64,000 nucleotides of DNA. Origin: a virus. Within the stretch, counting starts at the first letter, position 1, and every line of letters begins with the position of its first letter. Positions 16,841-25,756 of the stretch are shown here, in pieces. A program made the position numbers and the translations under genes. The notes below the pieces were generated by a model, which ran no database searches, was not told where the DNA came from, and worked only from the letters and a program-made list of their open reading frames with translations. The stretch covers positions 18,634 to 82,633 of the IMG/VR virus record IMGVR_UViG_3300020183_000001; one strand, written 5' to 3'.

Positions 16841-16981
16841 TCAGTTAAGAGACCTAAACTTAATTAAAGCCTCACGAATTGCTTCTTGTACCCAGTGCTT
16901 TGGTACTGGATACAGCTGCCATTGCTTCCACGTCTCAAAAACAAGACGCCGTTCGACAGCTGAAAGATGTTTGTAGCTCAC
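16841..16981 (-). CDS. small hypothetical protein (46 aa, GTG start)
   Basis: AGGAG RBS; MSYKHLSAVERRLVFETW... Confidence 0.6.
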   Translation of the reverse strand: MSYKHLSAVERRLVFETWKQWQLYPVPKHWVQEAIREALIKFRSLN

Positions 16982-16994
16982 AGGAATCTCCTGT

Positions 16995-17024
16995 TGTGCG
17001 GTACCCATTTCCGCTGGGGGTAAT
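16995..17024 (-). repeat. family E pseudoknot, copy 2
   Basis: ATTACCCCCAGCGGAAATGGGTACCGCACA (28/30 identical to copy 1; both changes are in loops). Confidence 0.7.
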
Positions 17025-17053
17025 GCTACGGTTTAACGTCCATCAGCTAGACG
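17024..17053 (-). repeat. family A pseudoknot, divergent copy 5
   Basis: CGTCTAGCTGATGGACGTTAAACCGTAGCA; S1 and GTTAAAC conserved, S2 rewritten. Confidence 0.6.
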
Positions 17054-17134
17054 TGAATCGCTGAGATCCCTTGCTACGACTGGGTTCTAAGAACGACAGT
17101 CATTCCTGAACCGCTACCTCGCGGGAGGTTCCCC

Positions 17135-17167
17135 ATATCCACATACTTTTCCACAGGGTGTGGAAAA
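17135..17167. promoter_or_regulatory. cluster of three DnaA-box-like 9-mers
   Basis: ATATCCACA, TTTTCCACA, TGTGGAAAA (the last two inverted, 3 bp apart). Confidence 0.55.
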
Positions 17168-17202
17168 CGTAGTCAGATGTGTGGGTTCCCTGACATGCGG
17201 TG

Positions 17203-17263
17203 TGCAGGTTAGTGAGAGCTGCATAAACCCCTGCCGTAAAGACGACAGGGGAAGAGGCAACTA
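17203..17263 (-). repeat. family C motif, copy 4
   Basis: TAGTTGC CTCTT CCCCTG..CAGGGG TTTA TGCAGCT..CCTGCA. Confidence 0.6.
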
Positions 17264-17545
17264 TCAGATCTTGTGAATCACAACGATCTTCAACCCGTCC
17301 TTGTCTTGGTAAATGCGCATGCTCAGCTTATCGCTTTGCATGTCACATACCACTTGGAACAAGTACTGAGGCTGGCATACCTGACGCAGATCGCTATAAA
17401 CAAAGTCGGCGGAGCCAAGCTCCTCCAACATCTGGTAAGCAAATTCCACATAGTTGCGGAAAAGCTCAGCATTCTGTTGCGTCGGACGCTCACCAACTTG
17501 CTGGCGCCAGTCGTGTTGCCAACGCTTAGCCTGTTTCGTTTGCAT
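17264..17545 (-). CDS. first gene of the early arm, hypothetical
   Basis: 93-aa ATG ORF. Confidence 0.65.
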   Translation of the reverse strand: MQTKQAKRWQHDWRQQVGERPTQQNAELFRNYVEFAYQMLEELGSADFVYSDLRQVCQPQYLFQVVCDMQSDKLSMRIYQDKDGLKIVVIHKI

Positions 17546-17799
17546 TGAATTAAACGCGATGGATTACCTGCGTTGCACGGATGCGCAGCCCCCGTTACAC
17601 TTATATACCTACACACCTATTCTTTTTTTCTACCCACAACTCACTACGTATATGTATGTGGAGAACACTCAGACAATTATTACCCCAAAAGGGTTAAAAA
17701 GTTGGTACCCTCATCTGTAATAATGAGTATTTATACTTAAAAAAATATATAAAATACCCATTTGTACACCAAAAGTGCACGTAGCCCAAACTTTTACAC

Positions 17800-17830
17800 A
17801 AAAATGCCGGGGTTATTTATGCCCCGGCTT
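17800..17830 (-). terminator. intrinsic terminator
   Basis: GCCGGGG-loop-CCCCGGC followed by a T-run, downstream of the ORF ending at 17853. Confidence 0.65.
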
Positions 17831-17852
17831 GGTTAATAAACTTTACTTATGT

Positions 17853-18065
17853 TTATTTTTGTTTTTTACTCATGTAAGCTTTGGTTGCACCCACTGCTTT
17901 TCTAAATGCTTCTTCATCTGGAAGCCCATATGCCAATTCTTTTTTTGCTTCGGTTACAAAATCACGCACTTCTAGCGAATCGCGTCCAGTTTTAGCCATA
18001 TCCATGGCTTTTTCTTTAATTTTCTCCAGGGCTTCTACCCGTTGTTGGCGCACACCTGCGTCCAT
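17853..18065 (-). CDS. small helical hypothetical protein
   Basis: Probable start MDAGVRQQR; divergent from the late arm. Confidence 0.6.
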   Translation of the reverse strand: MDAGVRQQRVEALEKIKEKAMDMAKTGRDSLEVRDFVTEAKKELAYGLPDEEAFRKAVGATKAYMSKKQK

Positions 18066-18166
18066 TTCACACATTACTTCTGTATTTAAATAATATAACG
18101 TACGTACGCTCCAGATTTCTAAACAATAGAATGTAAAAAGATTAAAAGTCGGTTTAAAAGTAATAA

Positions 18167-21100
18167 ATGGCGCTTTCTCAAGCTGATTTCTACGCTTACA
18201 GTCGTGCCACTGGTGCTCCTGTCCCAGAAGATCCCAGGGAACGGGCAGAGATGGCGCCCGAAGTACTGGCATTCCGCCGTAATCAGCTCAAAGCACCTGA
18301 ACAACAGGGTCCAGACCCCTTATCTGTAGGAATTGGGGTAGGTTTGGCTCTTGCTGGAGCAGGTGGAGCATATTTTGGTGCGCGTCGGTTGATGCGTGCG
18401 CCAAAACAAGCTGCAAACGCAGGCGTTCGTGTAGCAGATATTAAAGAAGCAGTTGCGCGAACTCCTGATGTAACAAAAGTTTCTAAAACTTACACACCTG
18501 ACCCTTCTAAAGTTGCAACACCGTCAACTGTTGCAGTAGATATACCAGATCCCTGGAGCGATGCAGAAACAAAATTTACACCACGTTCTTTTTTAGAAGA
18601 GCGAGGTTCAGTTGCTCCACGTGTAGACGTTATTGATAATGCCGATCTTACTTCTAAACAAAAACAGTTAGGTCCTTCACTAACTGATCAAACATACGAC
18701 GCAGTTGAGTCGGGTATTAATCAAGAAGAACAACGAATTGACGTTAAACTTCAACGTCATACAGGTGTTGATGTTCCAGAAGTAGATATTCCTCAAGTAG
18801 AGGATACTTTTGAAGCATATGGTTTATTACCACCTGTCCAACGTACTTTAACAAAAGAAGAAAAAGAAGCAAAGATATTTGCACGTTTAGAAACAGAAGC
18901 ATTAAAACTTGGCAAGACAACGCATTCAGCAGCTAATCCCTTTGGACCAGAAGGAAAACGCATTCCCCCTGGGCCATTGCTATATCCTTCTCAGATTCCC
19001 GCACAAGAAGGTCAAACGGTTGCAGGTGTTTCAAGCCCTACTCGTGAGTTTTTAAGTGCATATGCACAAGGTGATCCCCGCGTACAAGATGTTGTTCGAC
19101 GTGAAAATGTTACAGGGTTTGAACGGATTAAAACTTATGGCGGCGTAAAAGGAGCTTCTTTATTAGAAGGTGATGTTTTTGATCCTTTATCTGGTGAGTT
19201 AATTTCTCAAGGAGAGCAAATTTCTGGTACTGGAAAAACTAAACAGGTACTTAATCCTGCCTGGACCGAGGCGTATAAAACATATTGGGAACGTCGCGCA
19301 GCAGAACTTCCGCATACCCTTGATGATTATGAGGCACGTAAAGCTGTTGGTAAATTAAATTATCAATTACCTGCAGAAGAACAAACTGAAAACAATAATG
19401 CACAAATGTTTGCAAAGTGGGATAAACAAACATCAGGAGCTTTGCAAGAATTGTATGCTGAAACAGTTGGTGATACGCCTCAATACATTACCGAGATTGT
19501 AGAACCCAAAACAAGTTTTGCGGGAACCGAAACCCAATATCGTGGACAAGCTGGAACAACAGGCGAAACAACTGGTGCACCTGTGCCCGTATTAAATCCA
19601 AAAGGGATTGTCTTTGGTGCTCGAAAAAAAGAAGGACCATTTGTTTCTGTCGAAGAAAAGGCTCTTGCTCGCGCGGCGCAAGACCCCTCTTACGCTTCAG
19701 GAAAAGTACTTCGCTTTAAAGGAGAAGGCGGTTCAACCAAACTTGATGTAATGCCTCTTAGTTACGATACTGAAGGCGATGTTCTTCTACCTTCTTCTGT
19801 TTCAGGCCAACAAGTTAGGGGTAAAGCAAAAGTAACGCGCACAGCCCTAGTTCCTTTACAAAAAGCTGTTTTAGTAAAAGACGCAAGAACGGGACAACAA
19901 AAAACACAACTTGTTAATTTTTCTGTTGATTTAATGGCTCCTGTTGGTACGCGCACGGGTATAGATGAATCAGGCAAAGAAATTGCAAAAACAGTAACTT
20001 TACAAGAAGCTGTTAATGATTTACGTAATTATCACGGAAATGATTACGCATCTTTAAATCGTGATGTAGATGCATTGTTAAAACGTACTCATAATGCTTA
20101 TGACGTTCCAGTAATGACACGAAGTGCGTTTGATAAATATGACGAAGGACGCAACGAGTTTATTCGTATGCTTTCTGGTAGTCAATATGAAGCAAAAGAA
20201 TATGGGTTTTTAACATCTGTAGAAGGACAAAAATTACCCTACACAGGACCTATTGGTCCAGGTCAAAAAGGAAATAGAGCCGAAAACGTAGCAAATGCAC
20301 GTTTAATGCTTTCACAAGCAGGTGTTCCTTTGGATAAACTCTCTGATTATTTACCTGATCTAGAAGAGTTGGGAGAAACTCCTCGTGTTGAAACAACATC
20401 TAAACGTGACCTTGGAATTCCCAAGCCAGATGTTATGTCAACTGGTACAGATTTGGGTATTCTTACCAGTACATATGAACGTATTTCTCCCAGGATGGGA
20501 GGTGCTGTCACAAGTCAATTAAGAGATTTAATTTCTAAAGGTGCCAAAGTTGAAAATATTGATGGTAATGTAATTTATTCAACTGAACGAGGTAAGGTTT
20601 CTTATCCAGAAAATCAATTAATTCAAACTTTAAAATCAGAAAACCAAGACGCACCTTCTATTGCTGCTTTAGTTGGCAGATCTATTGCTACAGAAAAAAC
20701 TGATCCTTTAGCTATTCGCAAAGAACCAAGCGTTCTTGCACAAGAGCGAGGTAGTGAAACTGGTTATTATTACGACGAAGCTGGTCAACGGCGTAAAGAG
20801 CCTGTTACAACTCCCTGGGGCTCTTTTACAGGAGCAGCTCGTTTTGCTGCTGGTCCAGCTTCCGTTGCTTCCATGGGAACGTATCCACAAGGAGGCAGTC
20901 GGGTACGCGTAAAAACTTCGCCTACAGATTTAAGTCAACTTCAAGAACGTAATCAATTTGCTTTAACTGCTAACCTTACTCCTGGTGGAACAGTTCGTCA
21001 AGGTGCAATAAACCTGGGCGGCGGCCTTGGTTCAATTGCAGCAGGTATTGAATCGTTACCTAGTGAATCGGCAACGATTGAGCGCTATGGTGTAACCGGC

Positions 21101-21385
21101 GGACAACTCAAACAAGTTGGAGAAACTCTTATGTCTCGTGCTGCACAAAAAAAAGCATCACAACAAACCGCAGCTTCCTTGCCTATTAATCAAGAAGAGA
21201 TTGCCCGTGACCGAGCAACCGCACAACATCTAGCTAATTACATTACAGCAGCAGCTCAACGTTTGGAAGGCCCAGAGACTTGGCAAGGTGATGTTAAGCT
21301 AAAAGGCAGGGGTCAGAGTGCGTTAAGACCGTATCAAGCACCTTCTGAAGCAATGCTTCAACAATTAATGCGTGCGTATCGTTAA
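18167..21385 (+). CDS. large probable virion/internal protein
   Basis: 1072 aa, N-terminal Gly-rich hydrophobic helix, first gene of the late arm; no catalytic motif recognised. Confidence 0.6.
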   Translation: MALSQADFYAYSRATGAPVPEDPRERAEMAPEVLAFRRNQLKAPEQQGPDPLSVGIGVGLALAGAGGAYFGARRLMRAPKQAANAGVRVADIKEAVARTPDVTKVSKTYTPDPSKVATPSTVAVDIPDPWSDAETKFTPRSFLEERGSVAPRVDVIDNADLTSKQKQLGPSLTDQTYDAVESGINQEEQRIDVKLQRHTGVDVPEVDIPQVEDTFEAYGLLPPVQRTLTKEEKEAKIFARLETEALKLGKTTHSAANPFGPEGKRIPPGPLLYPSQIPAQEGQTVAGVSSPTREFLSAYAQGDPRVQDVVRRENVTGFERIKTYGGVKGASLLEGDVFDPLSGELISQGEQISGTGKTKQVLNPAWTEAYKTYWERRAAELPHTLDDYEARKAVGKLNYQLPAEEQTENNNAQMFAKWDKQTSGALQELYAETVGDTPQYITEIVEPKTSFAGTETQYRGQAGTTGETTGAPVPVLNPKGIVFGARKKEGPFVSVEEKALARAAQDPSYASGKVLRFKGEGGSTKLDVMPLSYDTEGDVLLPSSVSGQQVRGKAKVTRTALVPLQKAVLVKDARTGQQKTQLVNFSVDLMAPVGTRTGIDESGKEIAKTVTLQEAVNDLRNYHGNDYASLNRDVDALLKRTHNAYDVPVMTRSAFDKYDEGRNEFIRMLSGSQYEAKEYGFLTSVEGQKLPYTGPIGPGQKGNRAENVANARLMLSQAGVPLDKLSDYLPDLEELGETPRVETTSKRDLGIPKPDVMSTGTDLGILTSTYERISPRMGGAVTSQLRDLISKGAKVENIDGNVIYSTERGKVSYPENQLIQTLKSENQDAPSIAALVGRSIATEKTDPLAIRKEPSVLAQERGSETGYYYDEAGQRRKEPVTTPWGSFTGAARFAAGPASVASMGTYPQGGSRVRVKTSPTDLSQLQERNQFALTANLTPGGTVRQGAINLGGGLGSIAAGIESLPSESATIERYGVTGGQLKQVGETLMSRAAQKKASQQTAASLPINQEEIARDRATAQHLANYITAAAQRLEGPETWQGDVKLKGRGQSALRPYQAPSEAMLQQLMRAYR

Positions 21386-21387
21386 TT

Positions 21388-21606
21388 ATGGCTGAAGAAA
21401 AGAAAAAAGAGAAAAAATGGATTCAAAAAGCTGATATTAAAGAAGGTGTTTTTACAGCTAAGGCTAAGCGTAAAGGAATTACTTCTGCTCAGCTCCAGGA
21501 GAACGTTCTTGCTAATCCTGAGAAGTACGACGAGCGTACGGTAAAACAAGCTAACCTTCGTAAAACTCTTGTAGGATTACATAACAAGAAAAAAAATAAA
21601 GAATGA
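21388..21606 (+). CDS. small basic phage protein
   Basis: KWIQKA...K.G.FT.KAK...KQANL..TL motif. Confidence 0.7.
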   Translation: MAEEKKKEKKWIQKADIKEGVFTAKAKRKGITSAQLQENVLANPEKYDERTVKQANLRKTLVGLHNKKKNKE

Positions 21607-22247
21607 AAGATGCACGCCTGGAGCTAGGTCGATACATATCCAATCCTTTTGATAACAAAGGACGAATTCCGTCTCAGTTAAATTTTCGTGAGTTGTTTCG
21701 TGATAAATATGCAACGGAATATGGTGGCTCCCCCTGGGTACCGTCTCGATATACTTTTGAAGATTTAACTAAGGCCGTTCAAAATCGTAAAGTAATTCAT
21801 AATCCCCGTCTTAACTACGTTTCTAATTCTCCTTTTTGGGATGACAAGAACGAGCTTCCTCAAGAAGGGTATGAAATGTTCCAGGGGCTGGGGCGATTTA
21901 AAAGAACTGATTATAACTTTGATGAAGGCCGCGCTTTAACACGTGTGCGCCCAGAAGAACAACCAGATTTTAATCCTGGCTGGATAGAAGCTTATAAGTT
22001 AAGTCCTACAGTGCGCCCTGATAAACGCGCTAAAAATCCTATGCCACGTACCAGGAATCCAGATCCAAATGGATTCATTATGCAGCTTGCAGAAAAGCGT
22101 GCAGAAAATGAATTTAAAGATAACGTATCTGTTGCACAACTTCTTGCTGACAAAAAATTAAACCCAACAGAAGAACGGGTTGGCCAAGAAAAAATTACGG
22201 AAGAAGAAGAAAACATATCTCCGGGCAAGACGATTACAACAACGTAA
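21603..22247 (+). CDS. hypothetical protein
   Basis: 214 aa, ATGA-type overlap. Confidence 0.7.
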   Translation: MKDARLELGRYISNPFDNKGRIPSQLNFRELFRDKYATEYGGSPWVPSRYTFEDLTKAVQNRKVIHNPRLNYVSNSPFWDDKNELPQEGYEMFQGLGRFKRTDYNFDEGRALTRVRPEEQPDFNPGWIEAYKLSPTVRPDKRAKNPMPRTRNPDPNGFIMQLAEKRAENEFKDNVSVAQLLADKKLNPTEERVGQEKITEEEENISPGKTITTT

Positions 22248-22277
22248 AATAAGTACAGAATCATAAGTTAGATATCT

Positions 22278-22895
22278 GTGGTTAAAGCGCAACCCCTAAA
22301 AAATTTATTGTCTTTTTTAAGGTTAGGTAGCCCCGGCTCTAAAGGAGCTGCTCAGTCTGCTGCAATGGGAGCTGGTTTAAGTGGAGCTGTAGGTTTATTA
22401 ACGGGTGGTCCAGTAGAGGCATTGGCTTATGGTGCAGGAGATTTTTTAATTAACTATCCTATTCTTAGGGCGACACGTAAAGTATTTAAACCAACACCTA
22501 AACAGATTTTAGATAAAAAAACTAATAAATACGTAGAAGCACCAGGCGACCCTCATTTTGTTGAGAATATTGTTAACGTTGGCGCTTCTCTTGGCGCAAG
22601 CCAATTGATTGGAAGTATGCTGCCACAACGCGTTGAATCTGTTCAACCTGATGCACAACAGTTTTTAGCGCAACAAGCTCAACAAGTTATTCCTCAAGTT
22701 GAATCTCAAGCGGCGCAAAATACTCAACAAATGATTCAACGATCTCGTGTAAACAGTCTTCCGTTGGGTAGTCTTGATGTTGCTCCCAACACAATGTATC
22801 AAACACAAGGAATTGAACATACCGCTTTTCATTATCCTGGTTTGACGTTGCCTCCTGAACTACTCGCTCAGTTGCAAGAGCAAGGAATGACATAG
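22278..22895 (+). CDS. Gly/Ala-rich putative internal virion protein
   Basis: Glycine-zipper-like helices. Confidence 0.6.
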   Translation: MVKAQPLKNLLSFLRLGSPGSKGAAQSAAMGAGLSGAVGLLTGGPVEALAYGAGDFLINYPILRATRKVFKPTPKQILDKKTNKYVEAPGDPHFVENIVNVGASLGASQLIGSMLPQRVESVQPDAQQFLAQQAQQVIPQVESQAAQNTQQMIQRSRVNSLPLGSLDVAPNTMYQTQGIEHTAFHYPGLTLPPELLAQLQEQGMT

Positions 22896-22897
22896 TT

Positions 22898-23860
22898 ATG
22901 TTAAAGCAATATCAAGGTTTTCGTGGTGGTGTCAGAGCTGCTCAACAATCTTTAGAAACCTTAGGAACGGGCAAGTCTTATCGTCCAAGGCGTAATATTT
23001 TTTATGATCCAGAGTTTAGGGAGGATATTAAAAAAGCAGGGATTAGTAAAGAAACACCGTTAGCTTTTCTTGGTGCATATGCAACACGTCTTGGTGCTGA
23101 CTTAACCACTGATGAGTTGCGTTCATTGTATTGGCAAATGAGTCATCCATTGGAGATGGCTGATCAAACAATGCGTAAAGTTGTTGATCCAGATAAGCAA
23201 CTTGGTTACGCACGTGGCTTGCTTGCATTAACTGCTATTGCTCCAGCCGCAGCTCTTACTGGTGCATACAACCCATTAAACATTGGAGAGTTAGGTAGGC
23301 CAACTGGTTACAAGCAAAATGCTCCTGACCCAGAAGATCCAACTAAAACAACAGAACCTGGTACTGAACTGTTTCAACGTTTCTTCCAAGGAAGAACAGG
23401 TCGTCCTTTAGCTTTTGAGAAAGCTCGTGAAGAAATTCCTGATTTAACAAAGCAACGGTATGCCAATTACATGAATTTTCTTTATAACGATCCTGGTCCA
23501 ATTGGTAAGGCAACTATGGGTATTGTTAAAGTTACACCAGAGAACCTTCAGGGCGACCCAGAGGCCCGTGTTCTTGGTTACCCGGTCAGTATCCCTTCTG
23601 TTACTGCACTAGCTGGTGGCATCACTGGGTCACGTATGGGAATCCTTTCTTCTCCCACTGTTGAGCGAACTGTCCAGCCAAGCCTGCTCAAAGGTGAGAG
23701 GGCGACTATTACTCGGACGATGGGAAGAAAAAGCCCAGTTCTTGTGCGTGGTTTAGCAGGCGGAGCAATTGGATCTGCCGCTGGTGCAATTGCAGGTGTT
23801 CTTGTCAACCAGGCTATTGCTGCCGCTGGCAATACACAAGATAAATTACCGATGCAATAA
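22898..23860 (+). CDS. putative internal virion protein
   Basis: 320 aa, C-terminal glycine zipper GGAIGSAAGAIAG. Confidence 0.6.
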   Translation: MLKQYQGFRGGVRAAQQSLETLGTGKSYRPRRNIFYDPEFREDIKKAGISKETPLAFLGAYATRLGADLTTDELRSLYWQMSHPLEMADQTMRKVVDPDKQLGYARGLLALTAIAPAAALTGAYNPLNIGELGRPTGYKQNAPDPEDPTKTTEPGTELFQRFFQGRTGRPLAFEKAREEIPDLTKQRYANYMNFLYNDPGPIGKATMGIVKVTPENLQGDPEARVLGYPVSIPSVTALAGGITGSRMGILSSPTVERTVQPSLLKGERATITRTMGRKSPVLVRGLAGGAIGSAAGAIAGVLVNQAIAAAGNTQDKLPMQ

Positions 23861-23906
23861 ATGTTGCTTCTGGTAGAATTTAAACATCTCAAGAAATATT
23901 ATTAAT

Positions 23907-24734
23907 ATGGACGACGGGTCCTCTTTTGGGTATTTAAGAAACCTTGTAGCATCGCGTGAAAAAGGTGGACAAGGCGTAAACCCGCTTTTAATTCGTTCTT
24001 TGGGGCCAGAAAAAGCGCAGCAATTTCAACAGGGAGTTGGAAATATAGGTCCACAAGCAGAAGCAGTAAGAAAAGGATATATGAAGAAGCCTGGTGCATA
24101 TAGCACTATTGCAGCAACCGCAGGTACTTCTGCTTTACAGGCGTTAGGTGGTGATCCTCTTGGTGCAGTTACTTCTATTCCTGGAACTTTAGCGGGAGGC
24201 GGAGCTGGAAGTCTTCTTGCAGGTCTTATGCCAAAAAGTATTCAACCTATTGCAAAAGCAGTCTTTCCTTTAATCGGCGCTACAGTTGGTGGTAGCGCAT
24301 CAGAACAAGCTGCACGTGCGGGCCTTAATTATCTTGGAGCTAAAATTCCAGGGTCAGAAGAAGTTTCTGCAAAGAGTAAAGAAGAACGGGATCGTGAGTT
24401 TATTCGTGAGCAAGCAAGGAAAGATATTGAAACTCAATCACGGGCCGATCTTGCGCGTGACGTAGAGTATGCAAGGGCAATGCTGCCGTTAACAATTGAG
24501 CAAGAAAAAGCATTAATGCCTCTTCGAGAGCGCCTTATGCGTACACAACTTGTTAACCAACAGGCTCTCAACGCAAGTAACGCAGCCCTTTATCAACAAA
24601 TGGGACGTAGTGCAACGATGGGTAAATACGTGTTAGGAGCACAAGCAGAAGCTGGAGCTACAACTCGCACACTATTATCCCAAAATCCATACGCTGGTTC
24701 TGTTCTTCAAGCTCCTCAAATTAGCTTTGGTTGA
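23907..24734 (+). CDS. putative internal virion (ejection) protein
   Basis: Gly-rich hydrophobic segment followed by a coiled coil. Confidence 0.6.
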   Translation: MDDGSSFGYLRNLVASREKGGQGVNPLLIRSLGPEKAQQFQQGVGNIGPQAEAVRKGYMKKPGAYSTIAATAGTSALQALGGDPLGAVTSIPGTLAGGGAGSLLAGLMPKSIQPIAKAVFPLIGATVGGSASEQAARAGLNYLGAKIPGSEEVSAKSKEERDREFIREQARKDIETQSRADLARDVEYARAMLPLTIEQEKALMPLRERLMRTQLVNQQALNASNAALYQQMGRSATMGKYVLGAQAEAGATTRTLLSQNPYAGSVLQAPQISFG

Positions 24735-25186
24735 TCATGGCTTTTTCTGATACTCTTTCTAAAGGTAATCAAATAGGTATGTTTGGTTGGAATCCTCTTG
24801 CCAATATTCGCTCTCAAGAAGATTACAACAAATTACCTGACGATCTTAAAAAGGTTTATAATGAAGCTCTTGGGTACAGAAATATTGTTCGCGACTTAAA
24901 CGAAACTCCAGATGAACGTCGCGAAAGATTGCAAGTTGAACTTGATGCACAAAAACAAATGCTTAATTTTGCACAAGGCTTAGGCAAAGAATCTGTAAAA
25001 GAAGCATATAAATATTCAACACTTGCTAATATTCCTAAAACCATTGCTCAAGGTTTTGGTAATATTGCGGCAACAAATTTATATGCAGGCCAAGCTGTAG
25101 CAGATACTTTTGCTAAAACTCTTGCTAATTATCCCAGGGCGCAATTCGCTTCTTATCAGTTTCAGCCTGAAAAATACTTTGGGTAG
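24731..25186 (+). CDS. hypothetical virion-region protein
   Basis: 151 aa. Confidence 0.65.
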   Translation: MIMAFSDTLSKGNQIGMFGWNPLANIRSQEDYNKLPDDLKKVYNEALGYRNIVRDLNETPDERRERLQVELDAQKQMLNFAQGLGKESVKEAYKYSTLANIPKTIAQGFGNIAATNLYAGQAVADTFAKTLANYPRAQFASYQFQPEKYFG

Positions 25187-25192
25187 AATATA

Positions 25193-25747
25193 GTGAGTTA
25201 CAGTTTTCCGTCATCATTTTCAACTTTTGATCCGTCAAAAGCTTTTTCTGGTGGTTATGGAAATTTTTCTAGCCTTGGCACGTTAAAAAGTGGAAGTGGA
25301 GGTGGAATGGATCCCTTAAGTCTTGGCCTTGGTTTGGGTGGCAGTTTGATTAGCGGTTTGTTTGGCATGGGCCAGGCACAGACCTCTGCAAGCATTGCAC
25401 AAGCGCAACTTGCCGCTCAGAACCAAGCTATTCTTGAAGGACGTGAGCAAACTAAAGCAGCTCTTGGTTCTTCAATGTGGGGACCTCTGTTTGCTGCTGG
25501 TGCAGGCGGTGATATTGCTTTTGGTCGAGAAAAAGCTGCTAAAAAATGGCTGCAAGGATCTTTTGCAGAGCGTCAACTTGGCCTTGGTTCAGAAGCAGCA
25601 AAACGTGAGCGCCTGGCACGCATTTCACCAGAATCGAAAGAAGCCGCTCAATTTGAAAACCGTTTGGCTATTGAGCGTTCTTTGGCCGAAAAACGCGCAT
25701 TAACTGATGCGATGTTTGGTCGTACATCTTCTAGTTACTTTGCATAA
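25193..25747 (+). CDS. putative internal virion/pilot-like protein
   Basis: MDPLSLGLGLGGSLISGLFG followed by Ala/Gln helix, a pattern typical of ejection proteins. Confidence 0.6.
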   Translation: MSYSFPSSFSTFDPSKAFSGGYGNFSSLGTLKSGSGGGMDPLSLGLGLGGSLISGLFGMGQAQTSASIAQAQLAAQNQAILEGREQTKAALGSSMWGPLFAAGAGGDIAFGREKAAKKWLQGSFAERQLGLGSEAAKRERLARISPESKEAAQFENRLAIERSLAEKRALTDAMFGRTSSSYFA

Positions 25748-25756
25748 GGAGAAAAT

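Noticed and set aside
996-17263. Repeats interpreted as a CRISPR array or integron attC sites
   Set aside because: Irregular kb-scale spacing, whole genes between copies, no cas genes, no attC R-box pattern; G-U-tolerant pairing points to RNA
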